Shown: piece by piece, positions 50,245 to 58,611 of the stretch
Layout of the letters: each line of letters opens with the position of its first letter
How positions within the stretch are numbered: position 1 is the stretch's first letter
NCBI GenBank assembly: GCA_046704885.1
Contig: JBJKRB010000111.1
Location: 15,003 to 79,002, forward strand
Direction: 5' to 3'
Source of the DNA: Thermoanaerobaculia bacterium
GTDB taxonomy: Bacteria > Acidobacteriota > Thermoanaerobaculia > Multivoradales > JBJKRB01
Length of the DNA: 64,000 nt
Translations under genes and position numbers: made by a program
Notes under the pieces: generated by a model
The model's input: only the letters and a program-made list of their open reading frames with translations
What the model was told of the DNA's origin: nothing
Database searches by the model: none

Positions 50245-50800
50245 TGTGGCGGTCGACGATCATGACGACCGCCATCCCCTTGCCCCGAAGCTGGTAGATT
50301 CGCACCCCCCGTTCCTCCATCTTATCGATCAGCGGCGCCTCGTCGGTTGAAGCCGCCGCCACATGTTGGTTGGGCTGGTGATCCACCGCGTCCGCGGAGA
50401 ATGGAGACTCCGGCGCCGCCGCCGCGACCGCGGAGACTGCGGGACCCACCGCCGCACCATTCGCGCTCACACCCGTCCTTGCCTCTGGGGAAAACGCGAT
50501 CGAAGCCGCCAGCAGAAGCGCCGCAGCTAGGCCCCAGCCGGCCCGGGCCTTGCTCGACTGGCGCCCCTCGAAGCTCCGGCTTCGCCGCAACACCTCGACG
50601 CCAGCCCGCACCTGCTCGACCCCCTCCGCATCCATCTCGGGCTCGGGAAGGCGCCGAAACACCAGCGTGGGATCGACCCGCAGCGCCGCCGGCCAGCAGC
50701 GCTCGCAATGATCGAGGTGAGCCAAGGCGAGCTCCCAAGCCGCCTCTTCCTCACCATCCCTCGGCTCGTGGATGAAACGGGCCCAATCAGGGCAGCTCAT
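50234..50800 (-). CDS. Anti-sigma factor (zf-HC2 type, single TM)
   Basis: 188 aa with an N-terminal H-x3-C-x2-C motif (HLDHCERC) and a TM (GWGLAAALLLAASIAF). It overlaps the sigma gene by 4 nt. Confidence 0.75.
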   Translation of the reverse strand: MSCPDWARFIHEPRDGEEEAAWELALAHLDHCERCWPAALRVDPTLVFRRLPEPEMDAEGVEQVRAGVEVLRRSRSFEGRQSSKARAGWGLAAALLLAASIAFSPEARTGVSANGAAVGPAVSAVAAAAPESPFSADAVDHQPNQHVAAASTDEAPLIDKMEERGVRIYQLRGKGMAVVMIVDRHIDV

Positions 50801-51432
50801 GGCTCTCCCTCGGCGTAACGCCCGGCGTACTCAGGATAGAGGCGCAACAGCTCCCGGCGCAGGGTTCTCCGCGCGTTGAAGAGGTGGTTGCGGACCGTCG
50901 ACTGGCGACAACCCATGATGCGAGCCACCTCCGGCGTCGATAGCCCCTCGAGCTCCCGTAGGGTGAAGGCGATCCTCTGTTTCTCGCTCAGCTCGCGGGC
51001 GAGGCGCTGGAAGACGACCGTGATCTCTTTCTCTTGCAGCTGCTCCAGATTCTCGGAGCGCCGTCCCTCGCTCACCCGCTGAAGATGATGGCGGAAGGGC
51101 TCGTGCGTTCGCTCCCGGCTTCGCCGCGAGCGAAGATGATCGATGGCCAAGTTCGTGGCGATCCGGTAGATCCAGGTATTGGGGCTGTAGTGATCGTCGA
51201 ATCGGCTCCGATTTTCCCATACCCGTAAGAACGTGAGCTGCGCCACATCGCGGGCGTCCTCTTGATTGCCGACGATGCGCAAGGCCAGCCGCAGGATCGG
51301 CGGAGTCTTCCGCCGGATCAACTGATCCAGGGCCGCTTCATCGTCCTTGGCTAGGGCGAGAAGCAGCTCTCGATCGCTGGTCTCGGCCAGCTCTTGGCGG
51401 TGGCGGTTCTCGGAATAGACGAGTTCGGGCAC
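50797..51432 (-). CDS. ECF-type RNA polymerase sigma-70 family factor
   Basis: 211 aa with region 2 (DVAQLTFLRVWENRSRFD...WIYRIATNLAIDHLR) and a region 4 HTH (LSTPEVARIMGCRQSTVRNHLFNARRTL). Confidence 0.92.
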   Translation of the reverse strand: MPELVYSENRHRQELAETSDRELLLALAKDDEAALDQLIRRKTPPILRLALRIVGNQEDARDVAQLTFLRVWENRSRFDDHYSPNTWIYRIATNLAIDHLRSRRSRERTHEPFRHHLQRVSEGRRSENLEQLQEKEITVVFQRLARELSEKQRIAFTLRELEGLSTPEVARIMGCRQSTVRNHLFNARRTLRRELLRLYPEYAGRYAEGEP

Positions 51433-51540
51433 AATTCGACCTCAAAAGGGGTCTACGGCCAGGAGGACCAAAGTGTCTAACCTTTTCGATGCTCAGCCCC
51501 GAAGTGGGAGGGGGCGCTCGAGTCCTCCGAGGCTCGTGCC

Positions 51541-51569
51541 ATTATACTTTCACCGTCTCGGTGCGCCCA
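51541..51569 (-). promoter_or_regulatory. Candidate sigma-70-type promoter for the ECF sigma operon
   Basis: A perfect TATAAT lies on the minus strand (51546 to 51541). A weak -35 (TGGGCG) sits 17 nt upstream, about 110 nt before the sigma start codon. This is sequence resemblance only. Confidence 0.25.
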
Positions 51570-51581
51570 TCCATCGAACTC

Positions 51582-52871
51582 ATGTGGATCCTCTACCAAT
51601 TTGCCCTTTCCGCGGTCTCTCTTCTCGCCGCGCCCTTCCTGCTCATCGCGCGCGGCCGCCACTATCTGCCAACTCTCCCCGGACGACTGGGCCTTCGTTG
51701 CCCGCCCGGCGCCCATGGTGCCCTCTGGTTGCATGCCGTGTCGGTCGGAGAGGTCGGCGTCGCGACGATCCTCGCCCGCTCCCTGCCTCCTGAGCTGCCG
51801 CTTCTGGTCACCACGGTGACTCCTACCGGGCAAGCCCGAGCACGCGAGGCGTTGGCTGGCCGCGCCATCGTGACCTACTTGCCTTTCGACCTGAGATGGA
51901 TCGTCGAGAAATTTCTTCGCCGGTTCGAGCCCCGGGCGCTCGTTCTATGCGAAGGTGACCTTTGGCCGCTCGCTCTCCACTCGGCCAAGCGCCGGGGACT
52001 TCCCATCGTGGTCGTCAACGGGCGGGTCAGCGATCGTGGCTTCCGCCGCCTCCGCCGGCTCGGACGCTTGCGCGCACCGCTGCTCGCGCCAGTCGATCAC
52101 TTCGCGGTTCAATCGCATGAGGACGCCAGGCGCCTCGAGAGCCTGGGAGTCGAGAAGCGGCGGCTAAGCGAAACCGGCAACCTGAAATTCGAAGCTGCTC
52201 CCGCCAACCTCGACAAAGATCTCGATGAGCAGATTTGCCGCGCGGCCGCGGGTCGGCCAATCCTGGTGGCGGGATCGACCATGGAGGGCGAGGAACAGGC
52301 GGTCCTCGAAGCTTTCGCCGCCATTGGCGGCGGCGAACGGGCCCTTCTCATTCTGGCTCCGCGTCATCCGGAGCGCTGGCCCCAGGTTTCCGCCCTGCTC
52401 GACGGGAGGGGGCTCTCCTGGGCACCGAGGAGCGCTCTCGCGAGTGCCCGTGAGAACCTCGCGGTGATCCTTCTCGACAGTCTCGGCGAGCTCGCCGGGA
52501 TCTACAGCAAAGCCACGGCCGCTTTTATCGGTGGGACCCTGGTGCCAACCGGAGGTCACAACCCGCTGGAGGCGGCGATCTGGGGAGTACCGGTCGCGAT
52601 CGGGCCCTCGATGGAGAACTTCCGCGACCTCGCGGCGCAGTTCGATGCCGCCGAAGCCTGGGAGCGCGTGACCGACGGGCGCTCGCTCGCTTCCGCGTGG
52701 ACTCATTGGATCGATGACGAGAGCGCGGCGCGCACGGTCGGGGAGCGAGGCTTGGCGCTCTTGACCGCCAACCGTGGCGCCCTTCAGCGAACGCTGAGCT
52801 TGCTCAGGGAGACCCTACCGCTCGAGCCCGCGGCGCAAGGCGCCGAGCAATCCTCGGCTGGCGAGCCATGA
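51582..52871 (+). CDS. waaA: 3-deoxy-D-manno-octulosonic acid (Kdo) transferase
   Basis: The internal Met at 51582 is used. An N-terminal anchor and the hallmark LWLHAVSVGE are present, with a GT30 C-terminal half (FIGGTLVPTGGHNPLEAA). Confidence 0.9.
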   Translation: MWILYQFALSAVSLLAAPFLLIARGRHYLPTLPGRLGLRCPPGAHGALWLHAVSVGEVGVATILARSLPPELPLLVTTVTPTGQARAREALAGRAIVTYLPFDLRWIVEKFLRRFEPRALVLCEGDLWPLALHSAKRRGLPIVVVNGRVSDRGFRRLRRLGRLRAPLLAPVDHFAVQSHEDARRLESLGVEKRRLSETGNLKFEAAPANLDKDLDEQICRAAAGRPILVAGSTMEGEEQAVLEAFAAIGGGERALLILAPRHPERWPQVSALLDGRGLSWAPRSALASARENLAVILLDSLGELAGIYSKATAAFIGGTLVPTGGHNPLEAAIWGVPVAIGPSMENFRDLAAQFDAAEAWERVTDGRSLASAWTHWIDDESAARTVGERGLALLTANRGALQRTLSLLRETLPLEPAAQGAEQSSAGEP

Positions 52872-53899
52872 GCATTCTCGAGGGCGTGCCCAAGAAGCCT
52901 CGCTCCCCGTGGCAGCTGCTCTACGGGAAGGCCCACGAGCTTCGTCAGCGCTGGTACCGTAGTCGGGCCGAACGCTTGCCGCGCCCGGTCATCAGCCTCG
53001 GCAACCTGCACTGGGGAGGAACGGGCAAGACGCCGATTGCGGCGGCCATGGCCATTCACTTCCATCAAGGCGGTTTGCGCGTGGCCATACTCACTCGCGG
53101 TTACCGGCGCCGCGGCCGCGGAGTGAGCGTGGTGAGCCGGGGCGGCGGGCCGATGGTCGACCCCTGGATCGGTGGTGACGAGCCGGTGCTGCTGGCGGAA
53201 AAGGCGCTGGGAGCGGCGGTCGTCGTGGGAGAACGGCGCGCCGCCGCGGGTCGTCGCGCCCTCGAGGTCCTCCAGCCGGTACCCGATCTCTTCTTGCTCG
53301 ACGATGGCTTCTCTCACCTCGCCCTCGTCCGCGACATCGACCTGCTCGTGCTGCCGCGTGAGGACCCCTTCGGCGGTGGCCGCCTCGCTCCCAGCGGCCG
53401 GCTGCGCGAGCCCCTGGCGAGCGTGGCACGGGCGGACGCGCTCTTGGTTCCTGGTGCCACCGCCGGCGAAGCCACCTCCGTGGCGAGCTCGCTTGCGAGC
53501 TACGGATTCCTCGGACCGGGATTCGCCGTGAAAATGGTGACCTTGCCGCCGCGCTTGATCTCGGGTCCTCTTCTTCCCGAGGGCGCGCGCGTGTTCGCGG
53601 TCAGCGGCATCGCGCGGCCCCAGCGTTTCCTCGACTCGGCGACGCGCGCCGGGGTCGAGATCCTCGGCCACCTCTCCTTCCGGGACCACTACCGCTACCC
53701 CGACTCATCCCTTCAGCTGATCGAGAAGGGAGCGCGGGCGGCGGGTGCCGACGTTATCTTGACCACGGCCAAGGACCGTACCAAGTTGGCGGGCCGGCTG
53801 AAGATACCGCTCGCCGAGCTCGATCTCGAAGCGCATCCCGACGCCTCGTTCTTTTCTTGGATCGACGAGCGCCTGAGCAGGCTTCGGAGCGAATCTTGA
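52868..53899 (+). CDS. lpxK: Tetraacyldisaccharide 4'-kinase
   Basis: 343 aa with a P-loop (GNLHWGGTGKTP) and DDGFSHL. It has an ATGA overlap with waaA. Confidence 0.9.
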   Translation: MSILEGVPKKPRSPWQLLYGKAHELRQRWYRSRAERLPRPVISLGNLHWGGTGKTPIAAAMAIHFHQGGLRVAILTRGYRRRGRGVSVVSRGGGPMVDPWIGGDEPVLLAEKALGAAVVVGERRAAAGRRALEVLQPVPDLFLLDDGFSHLALVRDIDLLVLPREDPFGGGRLAPSGRLREPLASVARADALLVPGATAGEATSVASSLASYGFLGPGFAVKMVTLPPRLISGPLLPEGARVFAVSGIARPQRFLDSATRAGVEILGHLSFRDHYRYPDSSLQLIEKGARAAGADVILTTAKDRTKLAGRLKIPLAELDLEAHPDASFFSWIDERLSRLRSES

Positions 53900-54591
53900 G
53901 AGGCGACTGGTTCCCCCGCGCCACGAGCTGGGTTCTCTTGCTCTTGGACCGGCGCCGGATCTATCGCGGCCGGCGCAACCTGCGTCAGGTCTTCCCTCGT
54001 CTTCCCGCCCGCGCTCGACGACGGATCGTCCGTGGCGCCTACGTCGCGTTTCGTCGCCATCAGCTCGCGCTCCCCGTTCTCAACCGCATGTCGGCCGTCA
54101 CCTTGTGCGAGCGTTTGACCCTCGAGGGTTGGCGGGAGGTTGATCGGGCGGCCGCCGCTCAGCCCGGGCGAGGACTCATCTTCCTCGGTTTGGCGTTGGG
54201 GTTCTCCCCCCTCCTCGAAAGAGCTCTCGAGCTCTACTGTGGACCGCTGGTCACTCTGGGTGGACCGTGGCCGCTCGATTCAGAAGCCGGAACCCGGGTC
54301 CTCGGCCACCTCGCCGCAGGCGGGCACGTCCTTGCCCCCTGCGGCTTTCCGACCATGTCCGAGAGCGCGGCGGCATTCGCGATCGCCGCGCGCGCCCAAA
54401 GCGTCCCGGTGATCGCCTCCGGCACGAGCCAGCGATTCCGGATCGTCGTGCGTCCGGCTCTCGATCCCTCACCCGATCTCGCCAGCCGCTACCGCGCGCT
54501 CTTGGCCGAAGAGGTCGACCGCGACCCGGAATCCTGGCCCTGGCATCTCGCCTCCCCCGATCTTCCTGCCCCAGCGTTGGAGACGCCTTGA
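53896..54591 (+). CDS. LpxL/HtrB-family lipid A acyltransferase-like protein, short and apparently lacking the catalytic His
   Basis: A TTG start at 53896 (TTGA overlap with the lpxK stop) is likely; the track start is 53857. An RRNLRQVFP motif is present. The region GLIFLGLALGFSPLLE aligns by eye to LpxL GILLVGIHFLTLELG but has Ala in place of His. Confidence 0.6.
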   Translation: MRGDWFPRATSWVLLLLDRRRIYRGRRNLRQVFPRLPARARRRIVRGAYVAFRRHQLALPVLNRMSAVTLCERLTLEGWREVDRAAAAQPGRGLIFLGLALGFSPLLERALELYCGPLVTLGGPWPLDSEAGTRVLGHLAAGGHVLAPCGFPTMSESAAAFAIAARAQSVPVIASGTSQRFRIVVRPALDPSPDLASRYRALLAEEVDRDPESWPWHLASPDLPAPALETP

Positions 54592-55607
54592 GAACGCTCG
54601 TCGTCGCGCCGAACTGGGTAGGAGACGTGGTGATGGCAATCCCGGTCTTGAGCGCTCTGGCGGAGAGTGAGCGCGAGCTAGCGGTCCTTGCGCGGCCTCA
54701 CCTCGAGCCCCTGCTGCGGCTCGTCCCCGCGGTCAAGGAGGTTGTGCATCATGCGGCCACGGATGCCGAGACGATCGCGCAGATCAGGGAAGCCGACTGC
54801 CAGGAGGCCGTGATCCTCCCCAACTCGTTTCGCTCCGCATGGCTCCCTTATCGCGCCGGCATCCCCTACCGGTGGGGCTACCGCGGGGAGTTGCGTTCTA
54901 CCATTCTCTATCCGCCCGTGCGCCGACCGTCCGCTCGCCGGCGGCGCCGGCAGCCCCAGATCGAGGACTACGGCGAGCTCTTGAGCGCCATGGGAGTCGA
55001 GCCGCCGGCAACCTGGGTCCCCAAGCTCGCCCTCTCGGCTGGACAGCTGAAGATAGGCCGCGAGCGACTCGCCCGGGCAGGGATCGAGGTCGGCCGCCGG
55101 CCCCTCGTGGGGCTCTTCCCGGGCGCCGAATTCGGCCCCTCCAAGCGCTGGCCCTGGCGTTACTACGCCGATCTCGCGCGGCAGATGCGGAGCTCCGGCC
55201 AGGAGCTCGACCAGATCATCCTCGCCGGTCCCAAAGAGGTGTGGCTCGCCGTCAGGGTGTTCGAAGAGAGCGGCAAGATTCATCCCGTCATCGGCCCCGA
55301 CCTCGACCTCGCGCAGCTGGCCGCGGTTCTGGCTCATCTCGACCTTCTGGTGACCAACGACTCGGGTCCGATGCACCTGGCGGCGGCGTTGGAAGTGCCG
55401 TGTCTCGCTCTGTTCGGACCTACCAACCCCCACCGTACCGCGCCGGCGGGCGAGGAGCACCGGGTGCTCTATACCGGCCGCTGGTGCTCGCCTTGCTTCC
55501 GGCGCCACTGCCCGCTGCTCCATCACGGCTGCCTGCGAGAGATCGGCGTCGCAGAGGTCCGTGAGGCGGCTTCCGGCATGCTGAATCGAGCCGGCAAGGG
55601 CACCTGA
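54588..55607 (+). CDS. Glycosyltransferase family 9 (ADP-heptose:LPS heptosyltransferase, WaaF/WaaC-like)
   Basis: A TTG start at 54588 forms a TTGA overlap with the upstream stop. Motifs are LRTLVVAPNWVGDVVMAIPVL, LVTNDSGPMHLAAAL and a C-terminal CSPC. Confidence 0.85.
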   Translation: MRTLVVAPNWVGDVVMAIPVLSALAESERELAVLARPHLEPLLRLVPAVKEVVHHAATDAETIAQIREADCQEAVILPNSFRSAWLPYRAGIPYRWGYRGELRSTILYPPVRRPSARRRRRQPQIEDYGELLSAMGVEPPATWVPKLALSAGQLKIGRERLARAGIEVGRRPLVGLFPGAEFGPSKRWPWRYYADLARQMRSSGQELDQIILAGPKEVWLAVRVFEESGKIHPVIGPDLDLAQLAAVLAHLDLLVTNDSGPMHLAAALEVPCLALFGPTNPHRTAPAGEEHRVLYTGRWCSPCFRRHCPLLHHGCLREIGVAEVREAASGMLNRAGKGT

Positions 55608-55695
55608 CCCCCTCCGATCCGCCCGCTCCATCGTCGTGCTACCCTGGTCGCAGGCGACGGCCCTCGAGGCTGGCTCGCCAATCGAAGGAGCAAGG

Positions 55696-56478
55696 ATGAA
55701 CATAGATCTAAAAGGCAAGAGAGCGCTGGTTACCGGCGCCAATTCAGGAATCGGACGAGAGATCGCGCTCGCCCTGGGCAAGAACGGGGCGCGGGTAGTG
55801 GTCAACTACGTTACCCGGCCTGAGGATGCGGAGCAGGTGGTCGCCGACCTCAAGAGGGAAGGCAACGACGCCCTGGCGATTCAAGCGGATGTCTCCGACG
55901 CCGCAGCAGTCGCTTCGATGTTCGAGCGGATGGACGAGAGCTGGGGAGGGATCGACCTCCTGGTCAACAACGCCGGCATCGATGGGAAACGGGCCATGGG
56001 CTGGGAGATCGACCCTGGCGATTTCGCCAAGGTGATCGAGATCAACCTTCTAGGAGCATTTCACTGCGCCCAGCAAGCTCTGCGCCGCATGACCAAGGAA
56101 GGCTCGGGAGTGGTACTCAACTTGACGTCGGTTCACGAAGAGATCCCATGGTCAGGGTACGCCGCCTACACCGCCAGCAAAGCGGGGCTCAGCATGCTCA
56201 CGAAGTCCCTGTCACAGGAGGCGGCGCCGCACGGCGTCAGGGTCCTCGCCCTGGCGCCCGGCGCGGTCAAGACCCCAATCAACAAGAGCGTCTGGTCCGA
56301 CCCCGCGAGTTACAAAGATCTGCTCGCCAAGATCCCGCTCGGCCGCATGGCCGAGGCGCGCGAGATCGCGGAGATGGCGGTGCTGCTTCTCTCGAGCGCC
56401 GCGGGTTACGTCACCGGAACGACCGTCTTCGTCGACGGCGGAATGACGGATTACCCGAGCTTCGAGCACGGGGGTTGA
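55696..56478 (+). CDS. SDR family oxidoreductase (glucose 1-dehydrogenase-like)
   Basis: An internal Met follows a GAAGGAG RBS. Motifs are TGANSGIGREIA, NNAG, YTASKAG and VFVDGGM. Confidence 0.92.
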   Translation: MNIDLKGKRALVTGANSGIGREIALALGKNGARVVVNYVTRPEDAEQVVADLKREGNDALAIQADVSDAAAVASMFERMDESWGGIDLLVNNAGIDGKRAMGWEIDPGDFAKVIEINLLGAFHCAQQALRRMTKEGSGVVLNLTSVHEEIPWSGYAAYTASKAGLSMLTKSLSQEAAPHGVRVLALAPGAVKTPINKSVWSDPASYKDLLAKIPLGRMAEAREIAEMAVLLLSSAAGYVTGTTVFVDGGMTDYPSFEHGG

Positions 56479-56542
56479 GCCCTGGGGGCGGTCTGTCCGC
56501 CGAACGTCTTCGTTGTTGAATTCGAGCCGGCGTGGAGAGAGG

Positions 56543-57058
56543 TCAGCCGAGCTCACAGAGGGCCTGTCCGCCCTCCACGGGCTCTCCCGCCTCCACCATG
56601 ATTCGATGGACGGTCCCCGCGTACTCGGCCTGGATCTCGTTTTCCATCTTCATCGCTTCGAGCACCAGGAGACCCTGCCCCGCTTCGACCTCCTGGCCCT
56701 CCTCCACCAGCAAGGCCACGACTCGCCCCGGCATATAAGCGCGCACGACTTGCGCCCCCTCTCTTTCCAGAGCGGAGTGCGCCGCCCGCGCCAGATCGGC
56801 GAGTGGATCCAGGACCTCTACCTCAGCTTCGCTACCGCCGGAAGCGACACGGTAGCTGCTTTCGCCGGTAGCGCGAACCGACACCTCGAACTGGTCCCCG
56901 CCGATCAGCAAGCTGGAGCTGGTGGGGGTGATCACCCGCCGATCCACGCTCACGCGCCGCTCTCCCAAGGTCACGACCAGGGTCGGACCCGAACCATCGT
57001 CGGCAGAGTCGACGAGCACCCTCTCCCGCCGTTCTCCGATGCGGACGATCAGTTCCAT
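56543..57058 (-). CDS. Biotin/lipoyl-attachment carrier protein (BCCP-like, with BT-like N-terminal region)
   Basis: The internal Met at 57058 gives 171 aa. The biotinylation motif EAMKMENEI is present near the C-terminus. It overlaps the accC-like stop by 10 nt. Confidence 0.85.
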   Translation of the reverse strand: MELIVRIGERRERVLVDSADDGSGPTLVVTLGERRVSVDRRVITPTSSSLLIGGDQFEVSVRATGESSYRVASGGSEAEVEVLDPLADLARAAHSALEREGAQVVRAYMPGRVVALLVEEGQEVEAGQGLLVLEAMKMENEIQAEYAGTVHRIMVEAGEPVEGGQALCELG

Positions 57059-58611
57059 CGTGCCCCCCGCAAGGCTTCCTCGCGGCCGGCGAGACGCCAC
57101 CTCTGGCGCCGCCCCCCGGCGGCCGGCGCCAAGCTCGCGGCACGTCGTTCCTGGCGCTCGAAGTGAGTCAGCGCCGCGGCGACGATCAGTGCATCCTCGC
57201 GTGCCGCCAGGCGCTCCGGAGAATAGACCGGGGGGGCGAGCTCGCCAGACTTGAGCTTGCGATCGAGCATGCCGATATCGAGGTGGCCGGCGCGAAAGTC
57301 AGGATCGGTGAGTAGCGCTTGAAAGAGCGGCTTGGAGGTGGCGATGCCTTCCACCACGAGCTCGGCCAAGGCCCGCCCCAGCCGTCGCATGGCCTCCTCC
57401 CGGTCCCGCCCCCACACCGAAATCTTGGCCAGCATCGGGTCGTAGTGGATGGTCACTTCCCATCCCTCGTAGACCCCGCAATCGTTACGCACTCCCGGAC
57501 CTTCCGGCCACCGCAAGCGCGCGATCTTGCCGGGAGACGGCGTAAAGCGGCGAAATGGATCCTCGGCGTAGAGCCGCACTTCGATCGCGTGCCCGTGCGG
57601 CTCGACGTCGTCGAACTCCGAGCCGAGGGGCTCTCCCTGCGCCACCTTGAGCTGCGCGATCACGAGATCGAGTCCGGTGACCAGCTCGGTTACCGGGTGC
57701 TCGACCTGCAGTCGCGTGTTCATCTCGAGGAAGTAGAACTGGCCGTCACTGTCGAGCAGAAACTCGACGGTGCCGGCATTCGTGTAGCCGACAGCCTGCG
57801 CGGCAAGCACGGCGGCCTCGCCCATGCGGCGGCGCAGGTCGGGCGTTACGACCGGCGATGGAGCCTCCTCCACGACCTTCTGATGCCTTCTCTGCAACGA
57901 GCACTCGCGCTCTCCGAGCGAGACCAGCTTCCCGTGCTCGTCGCCCATCACTTGGATCTCGACGTGGCGTGGCTGGTGGATGTACTTCTCGAGATACACC
58001 GAGTCGTCGCCAAAGCTCGCCGCCGCCTCGGACTTGGCGCTGCGAAAGGCCCCTTCGAGGTCTTCGGGCCGGTCTACCATCCGCATGCCCTTGCCGCCAC
58101 CGCCGGCCGCCGCCTTGAGCATCACCGGATAGCCGATCTCCGCCGCCATCTTCTTCGCCGCCGCGAAATCGCTGAGCGCCTCGTGGCCACCTGGAACGAC
58201 CGGCACGCCCGCTTCCATCATCAGCTTTCGGCTCTCGGTCTTCGACCCCATGGCCGCGATCGCCTCGGTCGGCGGACCGACGAAGACGAGACCGGCGGCG
58301 CGGGCTCGTCCAGCGAACTCCGCATTCTCGGCAAGGAAGCCATAGCCCGGGTGGATGGCGTCAGCCCCGATCTCTCGGGCGAGATCGACGATCTTTTCGC
58401 TCTCGAGATAGCTCTCGCGAGATGGGGGTGGGCCAATCCGGTAGGCCTCATCCGCCAAGAGCACCGGCAGGGAACCGCGATCGGCGTCCGAGTAGATGAC
58501 CGCCGCCTCGATTCCGAGCTCGTGGGCGGCGCGCAGGATGCGGACCGCGATCTCGCCGCGGTTCGCGATCAGCAACTTGTGAATGGAGCGATCAGGAGGA
58601 GTTCTTGCCAT
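57049..58611 (-). CDS. accC: Biotin carboxylase (AccC-like / acyl-CoA carboxylase alpha N-terminal module) with a ~70 aa C-terminal extension
   Basis: The internal Met at 58611 gives 520 aa. Motifs are KLLIANRGEIAVRI, GYPVMLKAAAGGGGKGMR and EMNTRLQVEHPVTE. The long track ORF start overlaps the upstream gene. Confidence 0.92.
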   Translation of the reverse strand: MARTPPDRSIHKLLIANRGEIAVRILRAAHELGIEAAVIYSDADRGSLPVLLADEAYRIGPPPSRESYLESEKIVDLAREIGADAIHPGYGFLAENAEFAGRARAAGLVFVGPPTEAIAAMGSKTESRKLMMEAGVPVVPGGHEALSDFAAAKKMAAEIGYPVMLKAAAGGGGKGMRMVDRPEDLEGAFRSAKSEAAASFGDDSVYLEKYIHQPRHVEIQVMGDEHGKLVSLGERECSLQRRHQKVVEEAPSPVVTPDLRRRMGEAAVLAAQAVGYTNAGTVEFLLDSDGQFYFLEMNTRLQVEHPVTELVTGLDLVIAQLKVAQGEPLGSEFDDVEPHGHAIEVRLYAEDPFRRFTPSPGKIARLRWPEGPGVRNDCGVYEGWEVTIHYDPMLAKISVWGRDREEAMRRLGRALAELVVEGIATSKPLFQALLTDPDFRAGHLDIGMLDRKLKSGELAPPVYSPERLAAREDALIVAAALTHFERQERRAASLAPAAGGRRQRWRLAGREEALRGARWN

